Origin: the human T2T-CHM13v2.0 reference genome, Homo sapiens
NCBI RefSeq assembly: GCF_009914755.1
Contig: NC_060946.1
Strand: one strand, 5' to 3'
Length of the DNA: 64,000 nucleotides
The translations under genes and the position numbers were made by a program. The first letter of the stretch is position 1, and each line of letters begins with the position of its first letter. The notes beneath the pieces are model-generated. The model saw only the letters and a program-made list of their open reading frames with translations. It ran no database searches and was not told where the DNA came from. Positions 46,005 to 61,525 of the stretch are shown here, in pieces.

Positions 46005-46579
46005 GGTTAAAGGAATGAAAGGATGGAGGAGAGAGGAAGCTCTTCCAGGCAGAGAAAACAGCAAAAGCAAAGGCAAGGGGTGAGGAGGGCAGTGGAAACA
46101 GTTTGATTGCTGGGGCAGAGAAAGGTAAAGAGAAAGATGAAGCAGAGAGAGGTAAGTAGGAGATGGGGTGTGGTGAGTCTTGTAGTCCATGCTAAGGTGC
46201 GAGGACTTGATGCTCAGGGCAGCCACTGCAGGCTGAGAACCCCAGAATAACCTGGTCAAGATCAGTGTTAATCCCTCTGAAGAGAAGGGATGTAATGCCA
46301 CTGCTTGGGTTCGTGCTCGTGAGGGTTTAGTTCCTGAACCTACATCTCATCCCCCTGGAGCCACCCCTCTTGTGGCAGTGAAGTTAGTTATTAGCCAAAG
46401 AGTACATATGCCCTAAGCACAAGGCACATCCTCCCAAGCACCTTCCCGGGGCTCTAATTTGCAGAATATGAAGCAGGATGGATAGCTCAAGCTATACCGC
46501 CTTGAAAAGCAAACCCAGGCAGTACCAGCTTTTGAAGGTAGGAAGACAACCATCTGGAAAAGACAGTTCTAAGACTCAC

Positions 46580-46640
46580 CCTCCAGTGTGCTGAGGTTGG
46601 CATTTAGCGCTTTGACTTCACTTGCAATAATGGGACAGAG
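46580..46640 (-). CDS. BPIFC: BPIFC coding exon 6
   Basis: ccAG|CTC; LCPIIASEVKALNANLSTLE; G|GTGAGT; 61 nt. Confidence 0.95.
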
Positions 46641-46926
46641 CTGGCCACAAAGGAATAAAAAGAAAAAAGCAAGTTACCATGTTGTACTGGAAAGCCTTAT
46701 TGATGGGCCTAGACCCTGCAAACAAAGGCCTTCTGGTTAGCAGTCATTATCCCTTTGGTCATCGAGACATTCTCTTAAATTTGTTGATGTCTATGGGCCT
46801 CGCTTTACGTAGATACGGGTGGTATGTCACTGAATGCCAGCTGAACTTTGTAGCAACTAGCACTACATCCAATCAGCCCTGTAAAGAGTGAGTGAGCCCT
46901 TGTCGTTTCTTTCTGTGACATGATAG

Positions 46927-47371
<445 letters not shown>

Positions 47372-49164
47372 CCAGAGCTAGAGCTTTTACTTTCCCCCTG
47401 GGCTAGTTGGAGAGCACATTATATCAGAGATCTACTTAGAGATCTATTTTGTTGCCACCTTTTTGGAATTTGAAAATTAGTCTTGAGTCACATTAATATT
47501 TTTAGGAAGGGGCAGAGGTATCAGCACTGATGTGCCTCTTGTGTGCTCATTGATGTGCTTGGCATAGTGGGTACAGCACAGGCTTGGCTGCCTGGGGCCG
47601 AGGGTTGAATCCCTTGGCAAGTTACTTGTATTCTTTGATCTCAGTTTCCACATCTGCAACATTTGCATGGGGATGATAATTGTGTCCACCTCATCACATT
47701 GTGAGTAGAAATGGAAGTAATCCATGTAAACTTGCCCAGCTTATAGTAAGCATTGAGTAAGTGTTAGCCGTTGTTAGTTTAACTCCATTTCACCTTCACT
47801 ACAGCCTTGAGAGGGAGGCATGACGGTCCCCTAATTACAGATGGGAAAACCAAAGCTTAGAGAGGTTAAGTGAGTTGCCAGGTGTTGCATAGCCGGGATT
47901 TGAACTCAGTTTACACAGCTAGACAGCTGTGGTCTCAGCATTCTTTTCTATCTTCCAGTGGCACAGAGAGAATCACAGAAACATCTATTATCTTTAAGCC
48001 ATAAATCAATTTCAGGCAAACTTAATTATTGGCTTCTGTGACATAACTCATTCTTCACTGGCCTCCTGTCAGAGGCAAAAGGACCGTGCCTCGTTTCAAA
48101 CAGGGGAATGATCAAGTTTGGGGTCCTTGAGGATGACAGTGCACTTTGCCAGGGACTCTAATATGCACACTCATTGGCACTCAGCATCTGTCAGGTAAGG
48201 ATGGAGAAGGACTATAAGGCTTCTGAGTCCTGGACAGCTGCGCCACCTCCTGGGATGAGCTGCTTGATGCTTCTGAGTGTTGATTTCCTTACGACTTTCA
48301 TTAAGCACCTATAATGTCTGTCAAGCACCGAGCTGAGCACTAGAGAGATGGACGTGACCAGACCCTGTCTTTGTCCCTTCTTTTCCAGAAGAGTCTTCCT
48401 TCTTTTCTATTCCTCCTCATCCCTGTCCTTATCTCCCCCAAAATACAGGTAAACGGTTCAGGGAAGGTGTGGTCATTATTGGAAAGAGAGTGCATAGACA
48501 ATTCCATCTTTCCCTTCTTCAGACACTGACTTCTGAGACTAGAAGCCTTATAGCTTTGGAAAGGATCTTAATATATTCTATTTTCTTAACTTATTCCTAT
48601 TGTATGTCCTGGAAATACCTCTTCTTATCCTTCATTCCTTACATATACAAATCCTACCTATATGTTAAGATCTAGTTCAAGTTCTGCATCCTGTAAAAAT
48701 TATCTCCCAGGACACTTCCAGGCCCTATTTCTTCAAAATTTTCCATTTCTCTGAACCTCTCCTGCTCAATCTAATGATCGTGTAACTGTATACTAAATTC
48801 AAGTACTCAGTTAGTTATTGTTTCACAAGCCCGAGTTTGAGCTTTTGAATACACAAGTGTATCCCTCTGTCCTATTCCCAACAGATCCTAGTCCATGGCA
48901 GCTGAGCATGCAATAGGTACATAATAAGTAAATTCTTGTTGGTTGTTTGCCCACCCTATGGTAAGAAATTTGAGAGATGTGCTGTTGCTTTCTTTATCTC
49001 TGCATCCCAAGCACCTACCACAATATTTGGCACATAGTAGGGATTTGAGAAACTGTTATTAAGTTGCAAAGGATATTTAATGTGTGTGAAAGTGCCTTGG
49101 ATAGTGCCTAGCACACAGTAGATGCTCAATAAAGGTTTCTTGATTAAGAATTAATTAAAGGATT

Positions 49165-49478
<314 letters not shown>

Positions 49479-49543
49479 TTAAAGGATGATAGAACTTCTA
49501 CTAATGGCATTTTACTGTGGTTGCCTAACCTCTAAAGACTCAC

Positions 49544-49607
49544 CATTTCATTTAAGTTCTTTAAAATGGGTTTCTCCATGGGCTCAGCAAAGGAGTTATA
49601 CAGAACA
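49544..49607 (-). CDS. BPIFC: BPIFC coding exon 5
   Basis: ctcAG|T; VLYNSFAEPMEKPILKNLNEM; ATG|GTGAGT; 64 nt. Confidence 0.95.
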
Positions 49608-49752
49608 CTGAGGAAAAAAATGAAAAAAAAAAAAAAAAAAAAAAAAAGAGGTTACTCAGAGACCATAATCAGCCATTTGTAAACCTTCCCTAGGCGATGC
49701 CTGAGTATCCAGCCCCTAACTAGCCACTGCCCAACCCAGGGCTCTCATTCAC

Positions 49753-49908
49753 CTGAGTTCTCCGGAAAATGAGACGTGGGCATGGCTCAGTTGGGCGTAG
49801 CAATCTTGGAGCTTCAGGGTAGGATGACCAAAGTCATTTCGGGTTAGGATAATGATACCGGTAAAGTAGACTCCGGAGAGAAACAGATCAGCCCCTCCTG
49901 TGTCTTGG
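49753..49908 (-). CDS. BPIFC: BPIFC coding exon 4
   Basis: aacAG|C; QDTGGADLFLSG...LQDCYAQLSHAHVSFSGEL; AG|GTGAAT; 156 nt. Confidence 0.95.
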
Positions 49909-51123
49909 CTGTTTAAAGAAGTGCAAGGTTATCCAAGCCTGAGTCAGGCACAGAGATGGATCTTGTTTCTCTGATTACCCAGAGACTCTAAGCTCCTGGA
50001 CTGCAGTGACTTTGTCATGTTCACCTCTGACTTCCTTGCACCTACAACAGGTAGGAGCAGAGTGGGTGCTGATTGAATATTCCCAGAACAGACGAAGTAC
50101 TGAATATGTGAAAGCTAACAGCTATTGGGATATTCTAATTATTTCACCCTGAGTGCTCTGGCCCTGGCAGCGAGTGAGCTTGTATTGAGCACCCTTCATA
50201 TACAATGTTTGTTTGGGGAGAGAAAAGAAAGGGCAAGACTGGCAACACTTTATTCAGGAAGGGCATAGATGAAAAAGTGATGCTTAGATGTAGTCTGTGA
50301 ACTCCTTGAGGGAGTGGATTGTGTGTTACTCATTTCCATGTCCCCAAGACTTAGCATGTGGCCTGACACAGAGTAAGTACTCAGCATATGGTTGATGAGT
50401 CATTGAATAAATGAATGAATACATGAATCTATGTTGCTGTGGGGAACGTGTCATTTCTCTACAATCTACAAGACTGGAGTTCTTTAGATGGGGATAAATG
50501 TTACACAGCAGGCACTCAATAAATGGTTGTTGACTGACTTAGTGGAAGAATGAATGTGTTATCCTGTGGCACCAACCAAGGCAGACCTAAACATTACACC
50601 CAGAACAGTGATTTACACATTGCAACTGGCCTGTAAAAGTACCTTGAATCTGATTTCCTCCTTCTACACGAGGGTGCAAAGGCCTTCCAGTTGGGCTCAG
50701 GCTTAAGCTGACTACCATTCTTCAACCTCTGTGTGAGGGAGAAAGACTCCATTTCCCATCACTTACTCCTGCAGATGGGGAAGTGTGTTGAATGGCTGGC
50801 TCAAGATCATGCAGTGATTTGTGGGTGATCGAAAATGTTGAGCATGCATCTGTTTCTCTGATAGTCAGGGACTTCTAGTTCTTAAGAGAATCTTAAATGA
50901 CATTTGATCATATGCTCTGCCTTTAAGAGAAGAATGTTTTTCATCAAAACCCCCCAGTAGGATTTCCTAATTTAAGCCTCACCTGGAAAAAAATGCTTTT
51001 GAGAAAGATTGTTAATAATGAGGGAAAGAAGCCTATTGCCAAAAACATTGGTGAATTTCTACATTTTCCGTTTTTGCTCACATTCTCCCAGAACAGCTGC
51101 AGACATTTCAGTGGAATACTCAC

Positions 51124-51252
51124 AAAAGTGGAGACTCGAACCCCCAGTCTGTGCTGATGTTGGCAGTGCCATGGTTGGTTAGCGCTTTGATTCCCACTCC
51201 AGGCACAAAAGCCAATGAGGTATTTGGAAATGAAAAGGCACTGATTTTTATA
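51124..51252 (-). CDS. BPIFC: BPIFC coding exon 3
   Basis: tacAG|T; IKISAFSFPNTSLAFVPGVGIKAL...GFESPL; TT|GTGAGT; 129 nt. Confidence 0.95.
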
Positions 51253-51519
51253 CTGTAAAACCAGAAACAAGAAGTTAGGGCGACTCTTCCAGCACATCTC
51301 TTCAGTCAAGCAAACTTGGGAACACAGTTGCAGAGCTCTTACCATTGAGGCCATTGTGAACTCCTACAGAGAAAAGAACCTCCTGTCTGCAAGGCTGTCT
51401 CTGGGGAACTGCCTCCTAATTCTCCTCAAACTCTTACCAGGAAGTCCCTTGAATCCAGTTGATGAGGGAAATGAGCAAGTTTAGAAATATATATGTAATT
51501 TTTCTTCTCTCTCGCTCTC

Positions 51520-51819
51520 TTTTTTTTTTTTTTTTTGAGACAGGGTCTCATTTGTCTCCCAGGTTGGAGTGCAGTGGTGTGATCATAGCTCACTGCAGCC
51601 TCGAACTCCTGGGCTCAGGTAATCCTCCTGCCTCAGCCTTCCAAACAGCTGGGTCTACAGGCATGTGCCATCACACTTGGCTAATATTTTTTATTTTTTT
51701 TGTAGAGGCAGGATCTCACTGTGTTGCCCAGACTGGTCTTGAACTCCTGGCCTCCAGCAAGCCTCCTGTCTCAGCCTCCCAAAGTGTTGGGATTACAGGC
51801 ATGAGACACCTCGCCTGGC
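51520..51819 (-). mobile_element. AluJ
   Basis: TSD tagaaatatat. Confidence 0.88.
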
Positions 51820-51871
51820 CTAGAAATATATTTGTAAATAATCAAACAATCTACTTGTTTAGTTTATTTAA

Positions 51872-52283
<412 letters not shown>

Positions 52284-52534
52284 CTTGGCACAGCTATTTT
52301 TGTAGAGGACTATCATACACATTACAGGACATTTGGTGCATATGCCAGTAGTGTCCCTCCCCACCTGTCATTGGGACAATCAGAAACGTGCCTTCCTCCT
52401 ATTTCCAAATGTCCTCTATGTGGACAGTATCTTTGCTAGTGGAGAAACTTAGAGAGTTGACTTCCCCTAGGATTCTCTGGGCTGTCAAAAGGGTAACTAG
52501 GAGGCAGTGAGTTGCATGTAACCTGCAAAGGTAG

Positions 52535-52878
<344 letters not shown>

Positions 52879-53581
52879 CTATTGAGTGGTTGCTACCTGC
52901 CAGGCATTGTGGTAAGTGCATTACACGCATTAGCTCATTTTAACTCTCACAGTAATCCTATGAGGTGGTTGCTGTTTTTGCAATCCCCATTTCAAAGATA
53001 AGAAGATAAAAAAAGTGGCTGAAGTCATATATAAGTGGCAGAACCAGACCTGGAACCCTCCTCAGTCTGACTTCAGACTCTTCACCACGAGGCTATGCCA
53101 CTTCACATATTGTGCAAAGAGTGCTTGACTTGGAGCCAAGTTTAGTACCAGCTGTAAAAACTTGGGCAAGGCGCTTAACCAGATTCAATCACTCAAAAGA
53201 AGTGCTACTCACAGGTAGGGGCGGGGAGACAAAATGACTTCATTTGTGTATAATTACTGCACCCAAGAAAGGGATTGTTGTGAATGAAGATGAAGAAAAA
53301 TTTAAAACATAAATGTGATAGCTGATAAGAAACAATTATTTGCTAATAATATTTCCTCTTCTATGCATCCTTTCCTACCTAGTCTCTGTCACGCATCCTG
53401 AGTCCCACTGTGGGAAGAGGATGGCAGAGATTCATTTACTATATCTTGGAAATATTTTCATTTTGATACATGCAGGTCTAACCAATTCTTTATAACTGCT
53501 GCAGAGTATTTCAAACTGTGGATGGATGTACCATTTCAAAAAAATCATTCCTATGTTGGTGGACATCTAGGTTCTTTCTAG

Positions 53582-53946
<365 letters not shown>

Positions 53947-54003
53947 GTGTACATGTACTTCTCTAAGGAGGATGCTGAGCAGTGGAATTGTTGGGTCAAA
54001 GAG

Positions 54004-54005
<2 letters not shown>

Positions 54006-54047
<42 letters not shown>

Positions 54048-54070
54048 CACATATATACACACATATATAT
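54006..54070. repeat. (CA)n/(TA)n microsatellite
   Basis: Seen directly. Confidence 0.92.
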
Positions 54071-54077
54071 AAGATTA

Positions 54078-54354
54078 TATACTGTATTTTTACTGTCCCT
54101 TTTCTATGACTAGATATGCTTAGATACAAAAGTACTTACCATTGTATTACAATTGCTTACAGTATTCAGTGCAGTCTCATGTTTTACAGGTTTGTAGCCT
54201 AGGAGCAACAGGCTATGTCATATAGCCTAGGTATGTAGTTAGCTATACCATCTAGGTTCGTGTAAATACACCGTATAATGTTTGCACAATAATGAAATCA
54301 CTTAATAAGGCATTTCTCAGAACATATTCCTGTTGTTAAGCAATGCATGACAGT
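54078..54354. mobile_element. Tigger3 (Golem) family fragment
   Basis: caggtttgtagcctaggagcaacaggctat..catttctcagaac..gttaagcaatgcatgacag|TA. Confidence 0.8.
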
Positions 54355-54355
54355 A

Positions 54356-55006
54356 ATTTAAAATCTTGTAGTAATCACATTTTAAAAAGGGAAAAGAGAG
54401 GTGAAATTAATTTTCTTAATATATTTACTTAAGCCAATATATGTAAAACATTGTCATATGAATATGTAACCAATATAAAAATTACTAATGAGATATTTTC
54501 TTTTTATAAAAAAATAAGTTTTCAAAATCTCGTATGTATCTTATACTCATGATACACCTCAATTCAAACATTGGATTTTATGAGAGATACTGACCTATAT
54601 ATGTTTAGCATCCCAAATCCAAAATTTTTAAGTGCTGACATGATGCTCAAAGGAAATGCCCCTTGGAGCATTTTGGATTTTTGGATTAGGGATGATAAGT
54701 AAGTATAAAGCAAATATTCCAAAATTCAAAACAATTAAAAATCTGAAATACGTCTTGTTCCAAGCATTTTGGATAAGGGATACTCAACCTGTATTTAGAT
54801 TTGATAAGATTTTCAGTTGAAAAAGTAAACTTACAAAATTGTTCCAAACATACTTAAAAGCTTTTCAGTAGTCAAACTGAGCATCAGTTTTTATAATTAA
54901 AATTAATGAAAATCAAATAAATAAAAATGCATTTCCTCAGTTGTACTAGCTGCATTTAGTGTTTAATAGCCACCTGTGGCTAGTGGCTACTGTTTAGACA
55001 GCACAG
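54356..55006. mobile_element. Charlie5/MER33-like hAT element containing a Tigger4
   Basis: ggtgaaattaatttt...aatagccacctgtggctagtggctactgtttagacagcacag. Confidence 0.7.
54600..54791. mobile_element. Tigger4a nested in the hAT element
   Basis: gctgacatgatgctcaaaggaaatg..ggataagggatactcaacctg|TA. Confidence 0.8.
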
Positions 55007-55052
55007 GCCTAAAACGATTGTATTGGTTTATCCACCCTGTCTAGCAATGCAT

Positions 55053-55641
55053 GAAAATACCTGTTTCCAGCTTCATCCACGTCCCTACAAAGGACATGAA
55101 CTCATCATTTTTTATGGCTGCATAGTATTCCATGGTGTATATGTGCCACATTTTCTTAATCCAGTCTATCATAGTTGGACATTTGGGCTGGTTCCAAGTC
55201 TTTGCTATTGTGAGTAGTGCCACGATAAACATACGTGTGCATGTGTCTTTACAGCAATATGATTTATACTCCTTTGGGTATATACCCAGTAATGGGATGG
55301 CTGGGTCAAATGGTATTTCTAGTTCTAGATCCCTGGCAAGGACAAAAAACCAAACACCACATGTTCTCACTCATAGGTGGGAATTGAACATTGAGAACAC
55401 TTGGACACAGGAAGGGGAATATCACACACCGGGGCCTGTTGTGGGGCAGGTTGGGGTAGGGTGGAGGGATAGCATTAGGAGATATACCTAATGTAAACGA
55501 CGAGTTAATGGGTGCAGCACACCAACATGGCACATGTATACATATGTAACAAACCTGCACGTCGTGCACATGTACCCTAGAACTTAAAGTATAATAAATA
55601 TATATATAAATAAATTTTTAAAAAAAGAAAATACCTGTTTC
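55053..55641 (+). mobile_element. 5'-truncated, 5'-inverted L1PA (approx. PA4-5)
   Basis: 15-bp TSD gaaaatacctgtttc; antisense ORF2 C-terminus at 55068-55335; sense 3' end and tail at 55336-55626. Confidence 0.92.
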
Positions 55642-55813
55642 TCCCCATCTCCACCTACACATGATATTGTACAATTCTTCCTGTACTTTCTGCTGTGGCA
55701 TTATTACTGTAATTAAATAATTAGTTTTGTAAATATATATTTAATGTCCATCTCTCCCACTGGACTTTAAGGGCAGGTATGTTGTTCACTACAATATCCC
55801 CTATTGCTTTCTC

Positions 55814-56100
55814 TTTTTTTGAGACAGGGTCTCACTTTGTCCAGGCTGGAGTGCAGTGGCACAATCATGGATCACTGCAACCTTGACCTCCAGGGCTCCA
55901 GTGATCCTCCCACCTCAGCCTCCCATGTCACTGGGACTACAGGTGTGCACCATCATGCCCAGCTAATTTTTTGTATTTTTGGTAGAGATGGGTTTTCGTC
56001 ATGTTGCCCAGGCTGGTCTCAAACTCCTGAGCTCAAGTGATCCTCCCACCTCGGCCTCCCAAAGGGTTGGGATTACACGTGTGAGCCACTGAGCCCAGCC
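55814..56100 (-). mobile_element. AluJ
   Basis: TSD aatatcccct. Confidence 0.88.
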
Positions 56101-56252
56101 TAATATCCCCTGTTCCTAGGACAAGGCTTGATATGTAGCAGGTGCTCAATAAATACTTGTTGAATGGCTAACTTTATACAGATCAGAGCATTAGCCAGAA
56201 ACTTTCCCTAAGTCACCATCTCTCTTCCTCCTTGTCAAAACATCTTGGTTTT

Positions 56253-56561
56253 GGGCTGGGCGTGGTGGCTCACGCCTGTAATCCCAGCACTTTGGGAGGC
56301 CAAAGGCGGCCGATCACTAGGTCAGGAGATCGAGACCATCCTGGCTAACACGGTGAAACCCCGTCTCTACTAAAAATACAAAAAAAAATTAGCCGGGCGT
56401 GGTGGCGGGTGCCTGTAGTCCCAGCTACTTGGGAGGCTGAGGCAGGAGAATGGCATGAACCTGGAGGCAGAGCTTGCAGTGAGCTGAGATCGCGCCACTG
56501 CACTCCAGCCTAGGCAACAGAGCAAGACTCCGTCTCAAAAAAAAAACACAAAAAACAAAAA
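56253..56561 (+). mobile_element. AluY
   Basis: TSD aaaac(a/c)tcttggtttt. Confidence 0.9.
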
Positions 56562-56799
56562 ACCTCTTGGTTTTATAGAATATTATCATTGACAGCAGGG
56601 GAATGATCACTCCAAAGGGTTGGAGTAGCAGGGAATTATCACTGGATGGGTAAAATCTTTAACAATTGGGGCAAATTGTGAATCACAGTCACAGAGAACC
56701 CCTTAGAAGAGCTTGACTCTCCCTTGACCTTTAAGACTGAGCTCCAGATGGACAAAGCTATCCTCTCCTTATACTGCCTTTGGGGCTTTTGCTGGAGAC

Positions 56800-57260
56800 T
56801 ATGGCAGAGATTGTCAGTTGCTGTCTGAACTTCCAATTCACTTTCTTCCCTGAACATTCCTGATTTTATTGGGAACGACAAACTTGTTTGGTTGGAAAAC
56901 TAGTTTTCCAGTCTCCCTTGCTAATAAATGTGGCCATATAATTAAGTTCTGTCCATTGTTGATTAGGCAGGATCTTATTAGGGTAGAGCTTCAGAAAAAC
57001 TCATTAAAAAAGAAGACTGACTCAGCTTTTAAGAACCCCTTTACCCTCGTCTCTTCCTCCTTTTAGCTGCCTGAAACATGATGATTTGATGGCTGGAACT
57101 GCAGTGGCCATATTGAGCCATGAGGCAAACTTGAGAATAGAAACCAGAGCTAAGGACAGCAGAACAGAAAAAGATAAGAAGGCTGGATTCTGATGAAATC
57201 GTGGGGCTTCCATAGAATTCCTCCACTGTTTCCTTTGAGCTTCTTATAAGAGGCAAAATG
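56800..57260 (+). mobile_element. MLT1J-like ERVL-MaLR LTR relic
   Basis: tgtggccatat..ggctggaactgcagtggccatattg..ccatgagg..gctaaggacagcagaacagaaa. Confidence 0.55.
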
Positions 57261-57277
57261 CTCTTCTTTTTACTTAC

Positions 57278-57398
57278 TTTGAAAAATTGTAGTTTACATA
57301 ATCAACTTTTAGAAATTCAAGAGACTCAGAACCGCTTAAATCTGGGAGTTTCTTTTCTTTTAGCATTTGCTCAATCATCTTCATTCCAGCTTGAACAC
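57278..57398 (-). CDS. BPIFC: BPIFC coding exon 2
   Basis: cAG|GT; VQAGMKMIEQMLKEKKLPDLSGSESLEFLKVDYVNYNFS; AA|GTAAGT; 121 nt. Confidence 0.95.
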
Positions 57399-57695
57399 CT
57401 GTGAAGGAAACAAGAAAGAATCTGTTGATAATGACAAAGATAATAATAGCATAATAACATTAACCACACAAATACAATTTATTGAGTGAGACATGCCCTT
57501 AGATACTTAGAAAATGGCAACCCCACAAAGTGGGTATTATTGTCTCTGGTTTACAGATGAAAACTCTGGTTCTCAGAGAGGCTAAGGAACTTGTCCAAGA
57601 CCACAGAGCTAACATGAGAAATTTTCATTACGTCAGGAGGACTAAAGAGTTTTATCACAGAACAGTGTGAGAAGAAAAGTATAACATTTTCTTCA

Positions 57696-58002
<307 letters not shown>

Positions 58003-58169
58003 AGCCTCAGAGAAGTTCACTGTTGCCCAAATCATACAGCTAAGAACTAGGGGAGCCAGTGGTCAAATTCAGACACTTCGGCTCCAGAATCTGTGTGCTA
58101 TGGACAGTTCCAGAAGGTTATTCCACACTCTTTTTTCCTTTCAGATTCTTTAAGCTCAAGAATTTTTGG

Positions 58170-58335
58170 CCTGTGGTTCTTGGGCTGTAGGAAACTCCTG
58201 AACTACATGAAATTCTAATAAAAAACTGTGGGTGAGTCGTGTGTGCATATGTGTCTCATTTTTGAAGGGAGAGAATCTACATTTTGACCAGATTGTCAAA
58301 GGATCCTGATATTTTTAAAAACTTAATAACGACTG
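58170..58335. mobile_element. MER103-like hAT relic
   Basis: ggagagaatctacattttgaccagattgtcaaagga..aataacgactg. Confidence 0.45.
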
Positions 58336-58783
58336 CTTTTGTTTCATCCTGGAATAACTCATCAGCTTCTTTATATGGAAGCATCACACGACACATTTCT
58401 CTGAGCTCATTGGGGAAAAGAGACCTCTCCCACATTAAAGAGCTTGAGAAAAGTAACCTCCATAGTTAATGAAGAACATTTACTTTCACCCTTTTCAAGG
58501 AGGAAATATTGCCTTTATCCCCTTATTTTGCAGTTTAAGTTCCTTTCCAGTTATCCTATCCTTGTTGGGGATGAAGAAGAGCAGGTTTTATCCTCTAAAA
58601 TGCCAGAAAAAAATATTGCAATATGGTGATGCAAAGACAGATATAAAGGATGTGAAGATAGAGCCAGAGGCACTACCAGAGAGCTTAGGTTTGAATCCCA
58701 ACTTTGCCACTGAATAGCTTGTGTGACTCTGCAAGTTACATAGCTTCTCTGTCTCTTACTTTCTTCATCTATGACAATAGTAA

Positions 58784-59245
<462 letters not shown>

Positions 59246-60269
59246 TTCCATTTAAAAAAATATCTTGCAGATATTACTAATAACAGACACATCAGATCTC
59301 TTACTAGAAAATGTGGAGGCATAAATCATTGATAAAATTTTAAAAATACCTAATTTGTATTGAGTGCCTGTCTATGCTAGGACTCCACATACGTTCTCTC
59401 CTCTCTTCTTGGATCCTCACAGCAACCCAGTGACGAGGTGTTATTATCCTTGTTTCACAAAGGAGGCAGCTGAGGCTCAGGGAGGTTCAGTAACTTGCCC
59501 GAGAGCCCACAGCTAGTGAGCAGCATTATCCAGAGCTTGGAGAAACAGGGAGTAGATGATAGAGTGCAGGTTTCAAGCTCCGGCAGCACAGACCTGAATT
59601 CATATTTGCCTGAGTCCCTTACTGCTGTGAGACTTGGGAAATGTCATATTCCTCCTCTATAAAATGACAACAGCTTATTTGTAGGGTTGTTGGTGGAATT
59701 AGATCAACACACAGCCCAGAAAGCACATTCAAAGAGGCCGGCCATGGTAGATGCTCAAGAAATGATTCTGAATTCAAAGGCTGCCCTTCTCCACTAGCCC
59801 ATGCTATATTTCCTGTGGGTGGGATTATAGCCCATGGATGATCCCGTTTGATCCTCACCTCACACTAAGTGTAGGTAGGTAGGCACCATTTTTATCATCC
59901 CATTTTCCATATGAGAAAATCCACTGGCCCAAGGCCATGTATCAAGGAAAGCAACAGAACTGACATTTACAGCCATGTGGATAGACTTCAGATCTGTTCT
60001 TTTAATGACTCTGCTCCAGAAGGTGAAGAAAAGAACTGCACAACTTTAATACTGTTACAAGATATCTGTTTCTGATATGTATTTCTTTGCACATCAGCAC
60101 ATCAGTATAGTAACAAGATACACACACATGCATATACACATACATATATTCCTGGTACGTATTTCTACACACACCATTGTCCACATAACATTTGTGCAAG
60201 ATGGCTCAATTTTAGATCTCCTGCACTAGATGATGTACTAGCAGAAAAACAAGGAGTTGTCTCTAAATC

Positions 60270-60363
60270 CTTCTTTCTTCCCTCTCTCCCTCCCTCCCTC
60301 CTTCCCTCCCTCCCTCAATCCTTCTTTCTTTCTTCCTTCCCTCCCTCCCTCCCTCCCTTCCCT
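60270..60363. repeat. (CCCT/CTTT)n pyrimidine tract
   Basis: Seen directly. Confidence 0.9.
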
Positions 60364-61159
60364 CATTTATTTATTTTATTTTTTCTGGTATAGTAGAAGA
60401 AGCATTTCTTAGTTAGGCTTAGTTAGGTATTTCTTGGTTAGACTAGCAGTGCTTAGGTTGACTGCTTTAGTTAAAGAGGACTGAGAAAGCTCCATCATCA
60501 ACCTACCCTTAGCTAATCTCAAGTAAAATTTCACAGGAGAAAACAGGTCCATATACTTTGATTTTTGCAGTCCATTCCCTCTCCACAATCTGCTCCCACC
60601 TCATCTTAGCCCAAGGAAAATCACATCCCAACGTTTGTCTCTCCCTAGTGTTTATAAATGTTCTCTAAAGGAGTGGCTTTTAACCTTTCAGTGTTTCAGA
60701 CTCCTTCCCACATCCAATAAATATGAAGGAGCCTCTCCTCAGAAAAATGCAGTCACCCATATTACATTTTAACCCAATTTTAGGGGATTCTAAGTCCCTT
60801 TTGAAACCAAGCCCTTTCTGAAGCCCCAAGGTGTTACTTTTACTTTCAAATTTCCTTTCCTGTATCCTACAAATGTGTCTTATTTGGAACCCTCAGATGT
60901 TCATTATGTGTATATATGGGAAAGAGAGAGAGACAATGAGAATCTGTGCTGTGTTTGGACATGCCTCCCATCAAGTTGACTATTTTTTAGGCAACGCTTT
61001 CTTCGCAGCCATCTTAGCAGTTTCTGCATAAGGTACTGGATCACCCCACAGTACGGCGTTTCTCAGTCAGGAGACAGCCCATGTTATGAGCTGTTCAGTT
61101 TGGGTCACAGACCCCACCTAGTGGGCCTGAGGTCTGGCTTCTGAAAACATCCAACTCAC

Positions 61160-61283
61160 CATAGTCAAGTGCCCTCTGAGTAATCCTTGCCTTGATTCCA
61201 GGGTAAATGGTCTGAGAGGATGAGACATAGAGATTCCACAGGAGGAAACATCCCCAGAGGACTGGGATTGTCTTTGTACACAT
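61160..61283 (-). CDS. BPIFC: BPIFC coding exon 1 (signal peptide)
   Basis: ATG at 61283; MCTKTIPVLW...QRALDYG; G|GTGAGT; 124 nt. Confidence 0.95.
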
Positions 61284-61397
61284 CTGAAATTAACCAACAG
61301 TTAAGGTTCCTTTATTATTCTTGACTTTCTCTTTGGTCAATTAAATCCAACATTTCTAGATTTTCTCATTTTTACTGTTTACTTCCAGAACTCAATA

Positions 61398-61525
61398 CAT
61401 CCATCCAATCCATCCATTCATCCATCCATCCATCCATCCATCCAACCATCCATCCGTCCATCCATCCATCCATCCATCCATCCATCCATCCATCCATGCG
61501 CTCTCCCACCCATCCATCCATTCAT
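61398..61525. repeat. (CATC)n tetranucleotide repeat
   Basis: Seen directly, at an L2 end. Confidence 0.93.

Noticed and set aside
55041-55370. ORF resembling a retroelement protein
   Set aside because: C-terminal remnant of L1 ORF2 within a truncated, inverted copy; no RT or EN domain.
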